In this document: piece by piece, positions 28,217 to 36,611 of the stretch | Position numbering within the stretch: the first letter of the stretch is position 1 | How the letters are laid out: each line of letters opens with the position of its first letter | Assembly: GCF_035469765.1 (NCBI RefSeq) | Contig: NZ_DATIRM010000119.1 | Span: 1 to 36,611, forward strand | DNA from: Psychrobacter sp. | Lineage (GTDB): Bacteria > Pseudomonadota > Gammaproteobacteria > Pseudomonadales > Moraxellaceae | Length of the DNA: 36,611 nt | Direction of reading: 5' to 3' | The notes under the pieces: generated by a model | The model's input: the letters and a program-made list of their open reading frames with translations, nothing else | The model's database searches: none | What the model was told of the DNA's origin: nothing | Position numbers and translations under genes: made by a program

Positions 28217-28774
28217 ATGAGTTTACTGCCCAAAAATCTTGAAATGCTAAAACGTAACGCCAAAAAAAATATCATGCCATTGCTGACGCCTTATTTGCTT
28301 AAGCTGCGTATCAATACCTACGCACCATATATAGGTGCCGGCATCAAGATTGAGCATATCAATCTTGACCAAGGCCTATGCGTAGTGAGCATGGGACTCA
28401 ATAGTCTCAATAAAAATATCGTCGGTACGCAGTTTGGGGGCAGCTTATATTCAATGGTTGATCCCTTCTATATGCTCATGCTCATGCACCAGCTGGGTAG
28501 CAGCTATGTCGTTTGGGATAAAAGCTCACATATTGAATTTATCGCGCCGGGCAATAGCAAAGTGACCGCCCGCATGAAAATTCCTAGCAATGAAATCAAG
28601 ACCATTCAAGAGTTAGCAAAAGAGGGTGAACCCGTCTTTCGCGAATACCAAGTAGATATCGTCGACGATCAGCAAAAGACGATCGCTATCGTCACCAAGA
28701 CGCTATACATACGTCTGCGTAAGTACAGCAAATCTAAAGACCAAAATAGCCGTATTGAAAATTTTGAGGATTAA
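28217..28774 (+). CDS. DUF4442 family hotdog-fold (thioesterase-like) protein
   Basis: PYIGAGIKI, NKNIVGTQFGGSLYSMVDPFYMLML and VVWDK; AGGA RBS before the ATG at 28217. Confidence 0.87.
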   Translation: MSLLPKNLEMLKRNAKKNIMPLLTPYLLKLRINTYAPYIGAGIKIEHINLDQGLCVVSMGLNSLNKNIVGTQFGGSLYSMVDPFYMLMLMHQLGSSYVVWDKSSHIEFIAPGNSKVTARMKIPSNEIKTIQELAKEGEPVFREYQVDIVDDQQKTIAIVTKTLYIRLRKYSKSKDQNSRIENFED

Positions 28775-28857
28775 AGGCAACTTTTAAAGCTGTCATTTAA
28801 ATTTTCGATTTAAAGCGCATTAATTAAAGCGTTTTATAATTTAAAGTAATACAAACA

Positions 28858-28894
28858 AAAACCCCAATCTGGCATACGCACAGATTGGGGTTTT
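28858..28894. terminator. Bidirectional intrinsic terminator
   Basis: AAAACCCCAATCTG / CAGATTGGGGTTTT 14-bp stem between the convergent DUF4442 gene and rplS. Confidence 0.85.
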
Positions 28895-29040
28895 GTCTTT
28901 TTTGGTATGACCCGCTTATTTATATGATAAACCTATGAATAAGGGCTTGTATCTGCTTCTTTATTACCGAATCGCATAATAACGGCTTGGCAATAAAGCG
29001 ATATTAAGCACAATGCTTAAAACCAGATACTGGATATAAT

Positions 29041-29433
29041 CTAAGCGTTAGCTTTTGGCTTAACAACTTTAGGTGCACGCGGAGCAAGCTTCTCGCGGAT
29101 ACGTGCTGATTTACCAGAGCGCTCACGTAAGTAGTATAGTTTCGCACGGCGAACAGCACCACGGCGTTTCACTTCAATGCTATCGATGATTGGTGAATGC
29201 AATTGGAATGCACGCTCAACACCAACGCCGCTTGAGATTTTACGTACGGTAAACGCTGAGTTTAAACCGCGGTTACGCTTAGCAATTACAACGCCTTCAA
29301 AAGCCTGTAAACGCTCACGCTCACCTTCACGTACTTTTACTTGAACCACAACGGTATCGCCGGGTGCAAAGCTTGGGCGCTCAATCAATTGAGCATTTTC
29401 GATGACCTGAACCAATGGATGCTTGTTGCTCAT
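29041..29433 (-). CDS. rplS: 50S ribosomal protein L19
   Basis: FAPGDTV...[10 protein letters not shown]...FTVRKIS.GVGVER...[10 protein letters not shown]. Confidence 0.99.
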   Translation of the reverse strand: MSNKHPLVQVIENAQLIERPSFAPGDTVVVQVKVREGERERLQAFEGVVIAKRNRGLNSAFTVRKISSGVGVERAFQLHSPIIDSIEVKRRGAVRRAKLYYLRERSGKSARIREKLAPRAPKVVKPKANA

Positions 29434-29615
29434 GAGAGTTATCTCCTCACATTAGATAATAGAGGCTTGACGCATATCACCTGTTTGTAATAATGGATCG
29501 TATCTTTTTAATGAGACACAACGTAAGTGGGTTATGACAAACGGCCATTATGCTATGACTCGTTTTGTTGTTGCTCAAAATTTTATTACTTAACTGCTTA
29601 TCTTTTTAACCGCTA

Positions 29616-30386
29616 TCAACGCTGTTTTTTATCTGCTTTTGCCAATGCTTTTAGCCATTTTGCTTGCTCTACCGTCGGCGTAAACGCTTGCCATAAGTCA
29701 GGACGCCGCGTTTGCGTACGTTCGACTTGCTGACGAAAGCGCCACTGAGCGATATTGGCATGATGACCTGAAAGTAACACTTCAGGCACTGCCATACCCG
29801 CAAACTCATGCGGCTTAGTATAGTGTGGACAATCAAGCAAGCCATCGACAAACGAGTCTTGCTCAGCTGACTTGTCGTCGCCCATAATATCCGGCAAACG
29901 ACGTATCACACTATCCATTAGCACCATTGCTGGTAGCTCACCACCGGTAAGCACGTAATCACCAAGCGATATCTCCATATCGACATATTGCGACAGTAAG
30001 CGCTCATCAATGCCTTCGTAACGACCACATAATATAATCATGCCGTCATACTCAGTCATATCAACCACACTACTTTCGCTCAGCGTCTGTCCTTGTGGTG
30101 ACATATAAATCACCGGACAATGCGCTTTGTCGACACGGCAACCATGCTGACTGGCTCGCAGGCGCGCATTCTCAATTGCTTGTGATAATGGCTCAGCCAT
30201 CATCACCATGCCAGGACCGCCACCATACGGACGTTCATCAATACGGCGATAATTATCACTGGTATAATCACGCGGGTTAATGCATTCAATCGTCACTTTC
30301 TTCTGAGTGACTGCCCGACCTGTGATTCCAAACTCACGAATCGTAGCAAACATCTCAGGAAAAATACTAATAACGGCAAAATACAT
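29616..30386 (-). CDS. trmD: tRNA (guanine37-N1)-methyltransferase
   Basis: [23 protein letters not shown] and [11 protein letters not shown]. Confidence 0.98.
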   Translation of the reverse strand: MYFAVISIFPEMFATIREFGITGRAVTQKKVTIECINPRDYTSDNYRRIDERPYGGGPGMVMMAEPLSQAIENARLRASQHGCRVDKAHCPVIYMSPQGQTLSESSVVDMTEYDGMIILCGRYEGIDERLLSQYVDMEISLGDYVLTGGELPAMVLMDSVIRRLPDIMGDDKSAEQDSFVDGLLDCPHYTKPHEFAGMAVPEVLLSGHHANIAQWRFRQQVERTQTRRPDLWQAFTPTVEQAKWLKALAKADKKQR

Positions 30387-30473
30387 CGAATGTCTACTTG
30401 CGCAGTGGCTAATATTGGCTAAATAAATCGGTGTTATTACTGATAAAGCTTAACCGCAAAGTTAAAACTATTA

Positions 30474-31007
30474 TCAATAATCACTTGGCCATGCCACCAG
30501 CACTGTTTTTTCAGTCAGATCGACCTTCACTACAGTTTGCTTGTGCCATGGAATCAGACGTTCTTCTTTATCCAAGCTGTCTGAAGTTGCCGCAACCCGC
30601 ATGATCGCGTGGGCGCCAGTCTCAAACATCTCAGTAATATCGCCTAGATACTCAGCCTGCTCGTTAATAACGCGCAGAGTGACCAAATCCGACCAGTAGT
30701 ATTCATCTTCAGCAGGTTCTGGCAAGATGTCTTGCTCGACCCAAAGAGTTACCCCGTTCATGGTCTCAGCAACATTGCGATCAGGAATCTGCTCAAACTG
30801 AGCCACAATTCCTGTGCCTTGCTCACGCCAAGCCTTTACTGTCAAAGGTTTCATACCGGTAGCGGTTTTCATCCACCAAGGCTTGATGTCAAATATCGCC
30901 GGACGATCGTCTGTTTCACTAAATACCCAAAGCCAACCTTTGATGCCATAAGGCTTTTTGAGCTGACCAATTTTCATAAGGGCACTAGCGTTTGGAGCAG
31001 AAGACAT
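30474..31007 (-). CDS. rimM: Ribosome maturation factor RimM
   Basis: IGQLKKPYGIKGW, DRNVAE, EDEYYWSDL and ETGAH; sits between rpsP and trmD. Start moved to the ATG at 31007. Confidence 0.95.
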   Translation of the reverse strand: MSSAPNASALMKIGQLKKPYGIKGWLWVFSETDDRPAIFDIKPWWMKTATGMKPLTVKAWREQGTGIVAQFEQIPDRNVAETMNGVTLWVEQDILPEPAEDEYYWSDLVTLRVINEQAEYLGDITEMFETGAHAIMRVAATSDSLDKEERLIPWHKQTVVKVDLTEKTVLVAWPSDY

Positions 31008-31187
31008 AACAGCTAACCTAACAATGATGAAAACAGCGATGATAAATAAAAAGCCATTAAAAACGATAAACGTAGTCAAAAGCGATAAACAGTTAATGGC
31101 GTACCCTGGTTAGACCAGTTACGCTAGGTATTCTTAAGCCAACTGATTGACGCAGCAAATGCGCTATCAGTATGTTGCAGCCAAAAC

Positions 31188-31457
31188 TTAAGCAGTAGCT
31201 TCAGTTTGAGCAGCAGACTTATTATAAGCTTTTGCTAATGAAGCAACGCGATCAGAAGGTTGTGCACCTTTTGCGACCCACGCATTATACGCTTCCATGT
31301 TCAAGCGCACTGCTTCTTCAGAATCTTTAGCGAGTGGGTTAAAAAAGCCGATGTTTTCAATATAGCGACCGTCACGCGCGCGGCGTTGATCAGCAACAAC
31401 TACTTGATAAAATGGGCGTTTCTTGGCACCGCCCCGTGCTAAACGAATAACAACCAT
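31188..31457 (-). CDS. rpsP: 30S ribosomal protein S16
   Basis: [17 protein letters not shown]...RDGRYIE.IGFFNP...GAQPSDRV. Confidence 0.99.
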   Translation of the reverse strand: MVVIRLARGGAKKRPFYQVVVADQRRARDGRYIENIGFFNPLAKDSEEAVRLNMEAYNAWVAKGAQPSDRVASLAKAYNKSAAQTEATA

Positions 31458-31496
31458 GTGAATTCTCTCTTTCGCAGGTATACCAAAAAGGGCATA

Positions 31497-31525
31497 ATTA
31501 TACCACAGTCTTATTTTATTGAAAA
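31497..31525 (-). promoter_or_regulatory. Putative sigma70 promoter of the rpsP operon
   Basis: Minus strand TTTTCA-17 bp-TATAAT with an extended -10 TG. Confidence 0.65.
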
Positions 31526-31753
31526 CATAAACTGTGCTTATTTAATTATTTATTAACAATAGCTTAAATCGTTATGACTGTAAATAAGATTCATCATTCA
31601 CGCTGCTAATATGATGGCTACTTCTCTATCATATGCCTTTATCTTGAGCGGATGATATTGCCAGCGTTGGCGATGAAAGCTAGCAGCGTCATTAGTCGAT
31701 TATGCTATTCTAGTAGTCATATTTATCGCCGCATCACACTACCTTGGACTCCT

Positions 31754-33208
31754 ATGACCACGCCAAACCCACCATTGCCTCATAAAAGCTGGTTACCCCG
31801 CTCTTACTCTAATAGTCTGCTGACCACTTTAATGGTGGCTTTTATTGTTCTCATCAGCGTTGGGGTGTCTATTTTATTTTTTTGGCGCAGTCTATATTTA
31901 CCAGAGCTCAAAAGCCATGCGCGCTATTTGACCAGCGAATTAAGGCTGATGAACAGCGCCAATCGAGACTGGCGGGACAATCCTGAAGTCCGGCAGTGGA
32001 TTTATCAGCACTCACATGTAGTAGTGGTGGATAATCCAAGCGACTTTCCAGAAGTTGCTGACAAAGCTTTTGTTAGTGTTTTTACGGATGTATTGCAACG
32101 TGAAATTGGTGCACAGTTAGGACGACCAGTTGAAGTGTATTTTAAGTTTAAACCGACTCCGCAGCTTTGGGTACAAGACAGTCGTGATAGCAGTTTTTGG
32201 ATACGCGAACCGGTGGTCTATTATTCGCAGTACAGCCCAACTTTATTAATATTGTTTTTATTTGGACTACCAATTTTGACACTGCTGACGATTATTTTAT
32301 TGGCGCGTCAGTTAAATCGTCCCCTGCGTTACCTGCAACGAGCTGCCACCAATTATATCAGCTTAGGTCATGCGACAACGCTACCGACCCGTCATGGTCC
32401 TACCGAAATTCGCCAAGTAAACATGGCTTTTAACCGTCTGTTTACCACGCTTAACCAAGCACAAAAAGAGCGTACGATTATGCTAGCGGGTATCTCACAC
32501 GATTTGCGTACGCCGTTAACTCGTATGCGACTGACCGCTGAGATGCTGCCAGATGATTTTTTTCGTGAAGGGTTGATTTACGATATTGAAGATATGGATG
32601 CGATTTTAGAGCAATTTATCTCATTTATGAAAGATGGCTCCGATGAGCCTGTACGCCTCACCAATTTGGATACCATATTTAATGAAATTATGGTGCAGTT
32701 TGCGCCCTTAGAGTTTATTTATCAGTCAGAATGTAGCAAGCTTGTGCCCGTACGCCCAATGTCGATTAAACGCTTGATTATCAATCTAGTCAATAATGCC
32801 AAGCGTTATGGTGAGCCGCCTATTTATCTTTCCGCTGTTGTCATGCCAACCTTTGTAGAAAAAGAGGTGATAGAGTACAGCGACGTCGTGACTGAGAATA
32901 CGGTCAATAAAGAAGCAAAAGAGCAATTAGTTATATGTGTGCGAGACTGTGGTAGCGGGGTGGCAGAAGACCAACTTGAGCGCGTTATGCAGCCTTTTGA
33001 GCGTGGCGAGTCAGCGCGTACCACTCAAGGCAGTGGTCTTGGCTTAGCAATTGTCGACCGTATCGCACGCTTACATCATGGAACAGTTGAGGCTATCAAC
33101 CATCCAGATGGTGGTCTACAGGTCTGTATTCGAATTCCGCTTATCTCCAAAGTTACCGGAGAACAGCCTGTGGATATTAATCCCGCTACAAAGCCCGTTA
33201 TTGAATAG
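31754..33208 (+). CDS. EnvZ-like sensor histidine kinase (no adjacent regulator)
   Basis: Two TM helices, HAMP domain, H-box MLAGISHDLRTPLTRMRL, N-box NLVNNAKRYG, DCGSG and GSGLGLAIV. Start moved to the ATG at 31754. Confidence 0.9.
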   Translation: MTTPNPPLPHKSWLPRSYSNSLLTTLMVAFIVLISVGVSILFFWRSLYLPELKSHARYLTSELRLMNSANRDWRDNPEVRQWIYQHSHVVVVDNPSDFPEVADKAFVSVFTDVLQREIGAQLGRPVEVYFKFKPTPQLWVQDSRDSSFWIREPVVYYSQYSPTLLILFLFGLPILTLLTIILLARQLNRPLRYLQRAATNYISLGHATTLPTRHGPTEIRQVNMAFNRLFTTLNQAQKERTIMLAGISHDLRTPLTRMRLTAEMLPDDFFREGLIYDIEDMDAILEQFISFMKDGSDEPVRLTNLDTIFNEIMVQFAPLEFIYQSECSKLVPVRPMSIKRLIINLVNNAKRYGEPPIYLSAVVMPTFVEKEVIEYSDVVTENTVNKEAKEQLVICVRDCGSGVAEDQLERVMQPFERGESARTTQGSGLGLAIVDRIARLHHGTVEAINHPDGGLQVCIRIPLISKVTGEQPVDINPATKPVIE

Positions 33209-33225
33209 TGCCAATCAATAATACT

Positions 33226-33256
33226 AAAAAAGCAACAATGAGCTATCGTTGTTTTT
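33226..33256. terminator. Weak bidirectional terminator
   Basis: AAAAAAGCAACAAT...ATCGTTGTTTTT imperfect stem between convergent genes. Confidence 0.55.
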
Positions 33257-33287
33257 AAAAAATAAGAAATTGCTCACGTTATAATAC

Positions 33288-33467
33288 TTATTCCTTACTA
33301 CCGATGACAGGTGGAATATACTCAGCACTGTTAGCGAACGCTAGAGGCTGGGTAATCTCATCCTGTGCCGCTTTTAGCGTCTGAGTGGCACTTGGCTGCT
33401 GTAAGAATAAATAATATCCTAGCATTACAGCATTTAATACCACTAAAACCCCAAATAAATACGGCAT
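33288..33467 (-). CDS. 59-aa single-pass membrane protein downstream of bfmS (not in the ORF track)
   Basis: Hand translation MPYLFGVLVVLNAVMLGYYLFLQQPSATQTLKAAQDEITQPLAFANSAEYIPPVIGSKE; GGAGGAGG RBS 7 nt upstream of the ATG; 38 nt after the bfmS stop. Confidence 0.8.
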   Translation of the reverse strand: MPYLFGVLVVLNAVMLGYYLFLQQPSATQTLKAAQDEITQPLAFANSAEYIPPVIGSKE

Positions 33468-33505
33468 CTTATGCCCTCCTCCATTAAAGAATATATCAAC
33501 GGTGC

Positions 33506-35191
33506 TTAAGCATCAAAATCACGTTCGCTCTTTTCTTGCGTCAATTCATCAGCTGCAAGGATTTGTGTCAATGGCTTGATAGGCCATGTCATCACAAAGC
33601 GCGCGCCGCCAAGATCACGGCTCTCATCCACCTTCATACGACCATTAAACCAAAAAGCAATACGAGACACGATAGACAAGCCCAAACCATAGCCACCTGA
33701 CGCACGCGTGCGACTGTCATCCAAGCGCGAGAATGGAATAAAGACTTTTTCTCGATCAGCTTCTGGAATACCATGACCATCATCTTCAACACTGACGAAG
33801 GCATTGCCCTTTTTTACTCCAGCACTGATGATAATAGTGCTCTCTGCATAGCGTAAAGCATTACCAGCCAAATTCTGAATCACACGGTGTAAATAGCGTC
33901 TATCTGCTATCGCCTCTACTTTAGCATTTGGCAGCTTAGTAACAATTTTAATCGGTTTGCCCAAGGCATTGGTTTCACGCTCAATCTGCTCAAGTAAATC
34001 TCGAAGATTGACTGGCTCCAAATCTAGTTTTGGCGAGCCTTCTTCAAGCTTAGCATAGGTCAACATCTCATCAATCAGCCCATTAAGCGACTCAATATCT
34101 TCATCGATATAGTCACGCTGCATAAAGCGTGAGTCTTCGTCATCAGTATCAGCCAGCAGATCTACCGCAAATCGAATACGAGCCACCGGTGTACGAAGCT
34201 CATGTGACACCGCACGTGTCAACTCGCGCTGCGACTCAATCAGACGCTTAATATGAGAGGTCATAGCATTAAAAGTCGCGGCCAAACGAGCAATTTCATC
34301 TTGACCAATAACCTGTACTTGACTGTCTAAATTGCCCTTACTGACCTCATTAACACCGACTTGAATCAGTTGTAGCTTACGTTCGAGTGGGAAAATTAGT
34401 GCATACACACCCAAACTGATTAAAAACATGCTAATCAGAATCATACTGACAATCAAGTTTAGTGGGAACCAATTAAATAAAGGTACTGGACCGATCAAAA
34501 TTGCCATATCACTAATTTCAGACGGTACAATCACTTTGATAGATGAGTTTTTTGTGCTGGTATTGGTATCTTGCAACAAGATCACCACTTCATCACGGCG
34601 CAAGCGTGCCATCTGATCAGGATCTAAATCGAGCGCAGTTACCGCTTTAAATGCTAAAGGGAACGAGAATTTTTCTTCTAACTGCGCCAAACGTGTGCGT
34701 TTATCGGACAAGGTAATATAATAAGACAAATCATCTAGCAAAAATATGGCAATGGCTCTGACTTGCTGTTCAGTCACTTGCGATATACGAGCAGTCAAGA
34801 CACCTTGATTGTCTGGCAAACGATAATAGACATCAGCATAGGTTGGCTGACTAAAATAGCGAACGACCGTGTTTTCTTTTTCAAAACGGCGCAGCTCACT
34901 GGCAGTAAAGTCAATCTCATTGATAGGAACAATCTTAAACTCTGAACCAAACAAACTGCTGGCATCAGACAGCCAATAATCACGTTGCGCTTCATTTTCT
35001 TGATGAGCTAAGCCCTCACTTACGATATGAAACGCTCCGGTCGCCATATTTTCGCGATAAGATTGCACACGCTCCTTATTGATCGTATCCATCAATAATT
35101 GGGCAAATAAAGCCACACATAAGCAGACTATCAATAGACCTGCATAAATACGAACAAAAATACTGTGTTTAAGAGAAGAAACTAATGACAT
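33506..35191 (-). CDS. bfmS: Sensor histidine kinase, BfmS/RstB-like
   Basis: KHSIFVRIYAGL N-terminus resembles Acinetobacter BfmS; HAMP domain, AVSHELRTPVARIRF, NLAGNALRY and GGYGLGLSIV. Start probably the ATG at 35191. Confidence 0.85.
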   Translation of the reverse strand: MSLVSSLKHSIFVRIYAGLLIVCLCVALFAQLLMDTINKERVQSYRENMATGAFHIVSEGLAHQENEAQRDYWLSDASSLFGSEFKIVPINEIDFTASELRRFEKENTVVRYFSQPTYADVYYRLPDNQGVLTARISQVTEQQVRAIAIFLLDDLSYYITLSDKRTRLAQLEEKFSFPLAFKAVTALDLDPDQMARLRRDEVVILLQDTNTSTKNSSIKVIVPSEISDMAILIGPVPLFNWFPLNLIVSMILISMFLISLGVYALIFPLERKLQLIQVGVNEVSKGNLDSQVQVIGQDEIARLAATFNAMTSHIKRLIESQRELTRAVSHELRTPVARIRFAVDLLADTDDEDSRFMQRDYIDEDIESLNGLIDEMLTYAKLEEGSPKLDLEPVNLRDLLEQIERETNALGKPIKIVTKLPNAKVEAIADRRYLHRVIQNLAGNALRYAESTIIISAGVKKGNAFVSVEDDGHGIPEADREKVFIPFSRLDDSRTRASGGYGLGLSIVSRIAFWFNGRMKVDESRDLGGARFVMTWPIKPLTQILAADELTQEKSERDFDA

Positions 35192-35368
35192 ACGTGCTGT
35201 GACCAACCTGATGAATAAAAGTTATGGATAGAAGGATGCCTATCCTAACGAATATAGGATAATATTTGCTACGTTATTTACCAAATGGTGATTAAACTGG
35301 ATATAAAATTATCGCTTAATTAAACCACATAACGTAGTAATTAAGGTTAAAAACTTAAAGTTTAAACC

Positions 35369-35399
35369 ATAAAAAACCAGCTTTACGCTGGTTTTTTAT
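35369..35399 (-). terminator. Intrinsic terminator between bfmR and bfmS
   Basis: ATAAAAAACCAGC / GCTGGTTTTTTAT perfect stem ending in a T-run. Confidence 0.8.
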
Positions 35400-35442
35400 C
35401 AAATAACGATAAACGTTAAGGGCTGACAGCAGAAATAGGCTA

Positions 35443-36159
35443 TTAGTTGCCTTCTTTTACAAACAGATAGCCCTTGCTACGGACAGTTTTGATACGTTTT
35501 GGATTTTCTGGATCATCGCCGATTTTTGGACGGATACGTGAGATACGTACATCAATAGAGCGATCCTGACCGTCATATTCGATACCACGTAGGCGCTCAA
35601 AGATATCTTCACGTGACAAGATACGTCCAGCATTAGAAGCAAGTAACCATAGTAGATCATATTCAGCACTGGTGAAATCAACCAACTCATCACCTAAATT
35701 CACTGAACGACCACCATTATCGATGACTAATTCACCAAACTCTAAGCGCTGCGGCACATCTTCTGATGGGACATTTTCTGAGCGACGTAATAAAGCGCGA
35801 ATACGCGCTAATAAAACACGCGGCTGAGCAGGCTTAGCAACATAGTCATCCGCACCCATCTCAAGACCCAATACTTGATCCATGTCTTCGGTGCGCGCAG
35901 TCAGCATCAAGATAGGGTTTTGGTAATGTGGACGGACTTCACGGCAGACCGTCAAGCCATCGCTACCTGGAAGCATGACATCAAGTACGACCAAATCTGG
36001 CTGCTCATTGACAATACGACGAATGGCACGATTACCATCTGTTTCAATCGCCACTTCTAGACCGTTCTTGACCAAATAATCTTGGGTCAACATGGCCAGA
36101 CGCTCATCGTCCTCAACAATCAAAATTCGGGGGGTGTTGTCATCATCATTCGTTGTCAT
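35443..36159 (-). CDS. bfmR: OmpR-family response regulator, BfmR/RstA-like
   Basis: ILIVEDDERLA...ETDGNRAIRRI...PDLVVLDVMLPG...CREVRPHY...IGDDPENPKRIKTVRSKGYLF, very close to Acinetobacter BfmR as I recall it; GAGG RBS. Confidence 0.9.
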   Translation of the reverse strand: MTTNDDDNTPRILIVEDDERLAMLTQDYLVKNGLEVAIETDGNRAIRRIVNEQPDLVVLDVMLPGSDGLTVCREVRPHYQNPILMLTARTEDMDQVLGLEMGADDYVAKPAQPRVLLARIRALLRRSENVPSEDVPQRLEFGELVIDNGGRSVNLGDELVDFTSAEYDLLWLLASNAGRILSREDIFERLRGIEYDGQDRSIDVRISRIRPKIGDDPENPKRIKTVRSKGYLFVKEGN

Positions 36160-36611
36160 TGTTATATCCTCTAATACATCTCATTTAAAAGTAGTCAAAA
36201 TAAGAGCAGTAAAATGAATAGCACCATAAAACAGTGCCATTGCTGTTCGTATAGCTGTTATAAACTTCGCAGCACAGTATACTATTAAACCTGCAGCTTC
36301 CTATACTATAGCTTATAATCGTTAACAAAACCTATAAACTACGACCATCAAAACTTTAGTTTACGTCCAAAAATCATATCTTTTATCATAGTCAAAAAAC
36401 ATCAAATAATTTTTATTCACTAGCGAATGCCTTGTTGTGGCTGAAGCTCTAGATCGTCGATCTCATCATTGAAGGAAGCACATAAAATGGCTCACCTCTA
36501 TAACTTATCAAACCAATTTCTAACCCTTAATATAACCATATATTGCTATTGTTACTAGTGGCTTTTCCACTAAAAGCTAAAATCCGTTGCTTGCAGATAA
36601 AAGCATCAGCC

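Noticed and set aside
31020-31092. Repeated (A)AAnCGATAAAC-like words between rpsP and rimM, and a hydrophobic N-terminal extension on the rimM ORF
   Set aside because: Low-complexity spacer with irregular repeats, not CRISPR-like. RimM is soluble, so the extension is probably not translated.
36487-36558. 23-codon plus-strand ORF MAHLYNLSNQFLTLNITIYCYCY upstream of bfmR
   Set aside because: The AAGGA is rather far from the ATG, there is no terminator or motif, and such ORFs are expected by chance in AT-rich DNA.

Overview
This is a low-GC chromosomal segment (roughly 40-45% GC by eye) of a Moraxellaceae bacterium, most likely Psychrobacter. That call rests on BfmR/BfmS-like proteins, hisIE-tatABC, lgt-thyA-folA, and rpmI-rplT lacking infC. 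Most of the window is core housekeeping: rho, ypfJ-like peptidase, rpmI-rplT-pheS-pheT-ihfA, hisIE-tatABC, a short SF1 helicase plus dusC, OsmC/MAPEG, rppH, a Zn alcohol dehydrogenase, NRDE and DUF4139 proteins, lgt-thyA-folA, uvrC, DUF3360, DUF4442, rpsP-rimM-trmD-rplS, an orphan EnvZ-like kinase and bfmRS. I saw no tRNA, rRNA, CRISPR array, IS element or phage gene. The most interesting signal is a ~380-bp module between folA and uvrC. It encodes a 43-aa Cys/His/aromatic peptide ending in a beta-clamp-type motif (QLSFDF). The peptide's SD is locked in a hairpin, and a predicted divergent ~110-nt RNA carries two 10-mers perfectly complementary to the two arms of that hairpin, an architecture resembling type I toxin-antitoxin loci. 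Other leads are a 59-aa membrane protein directly after bfmS (absent from the ORF track), a pyrBI/upp-like promoter in front of the DUF3360 transporter, and a candidate L20 leader ahead of rpmI. All calls come from reading the sequence; no database searches were run.
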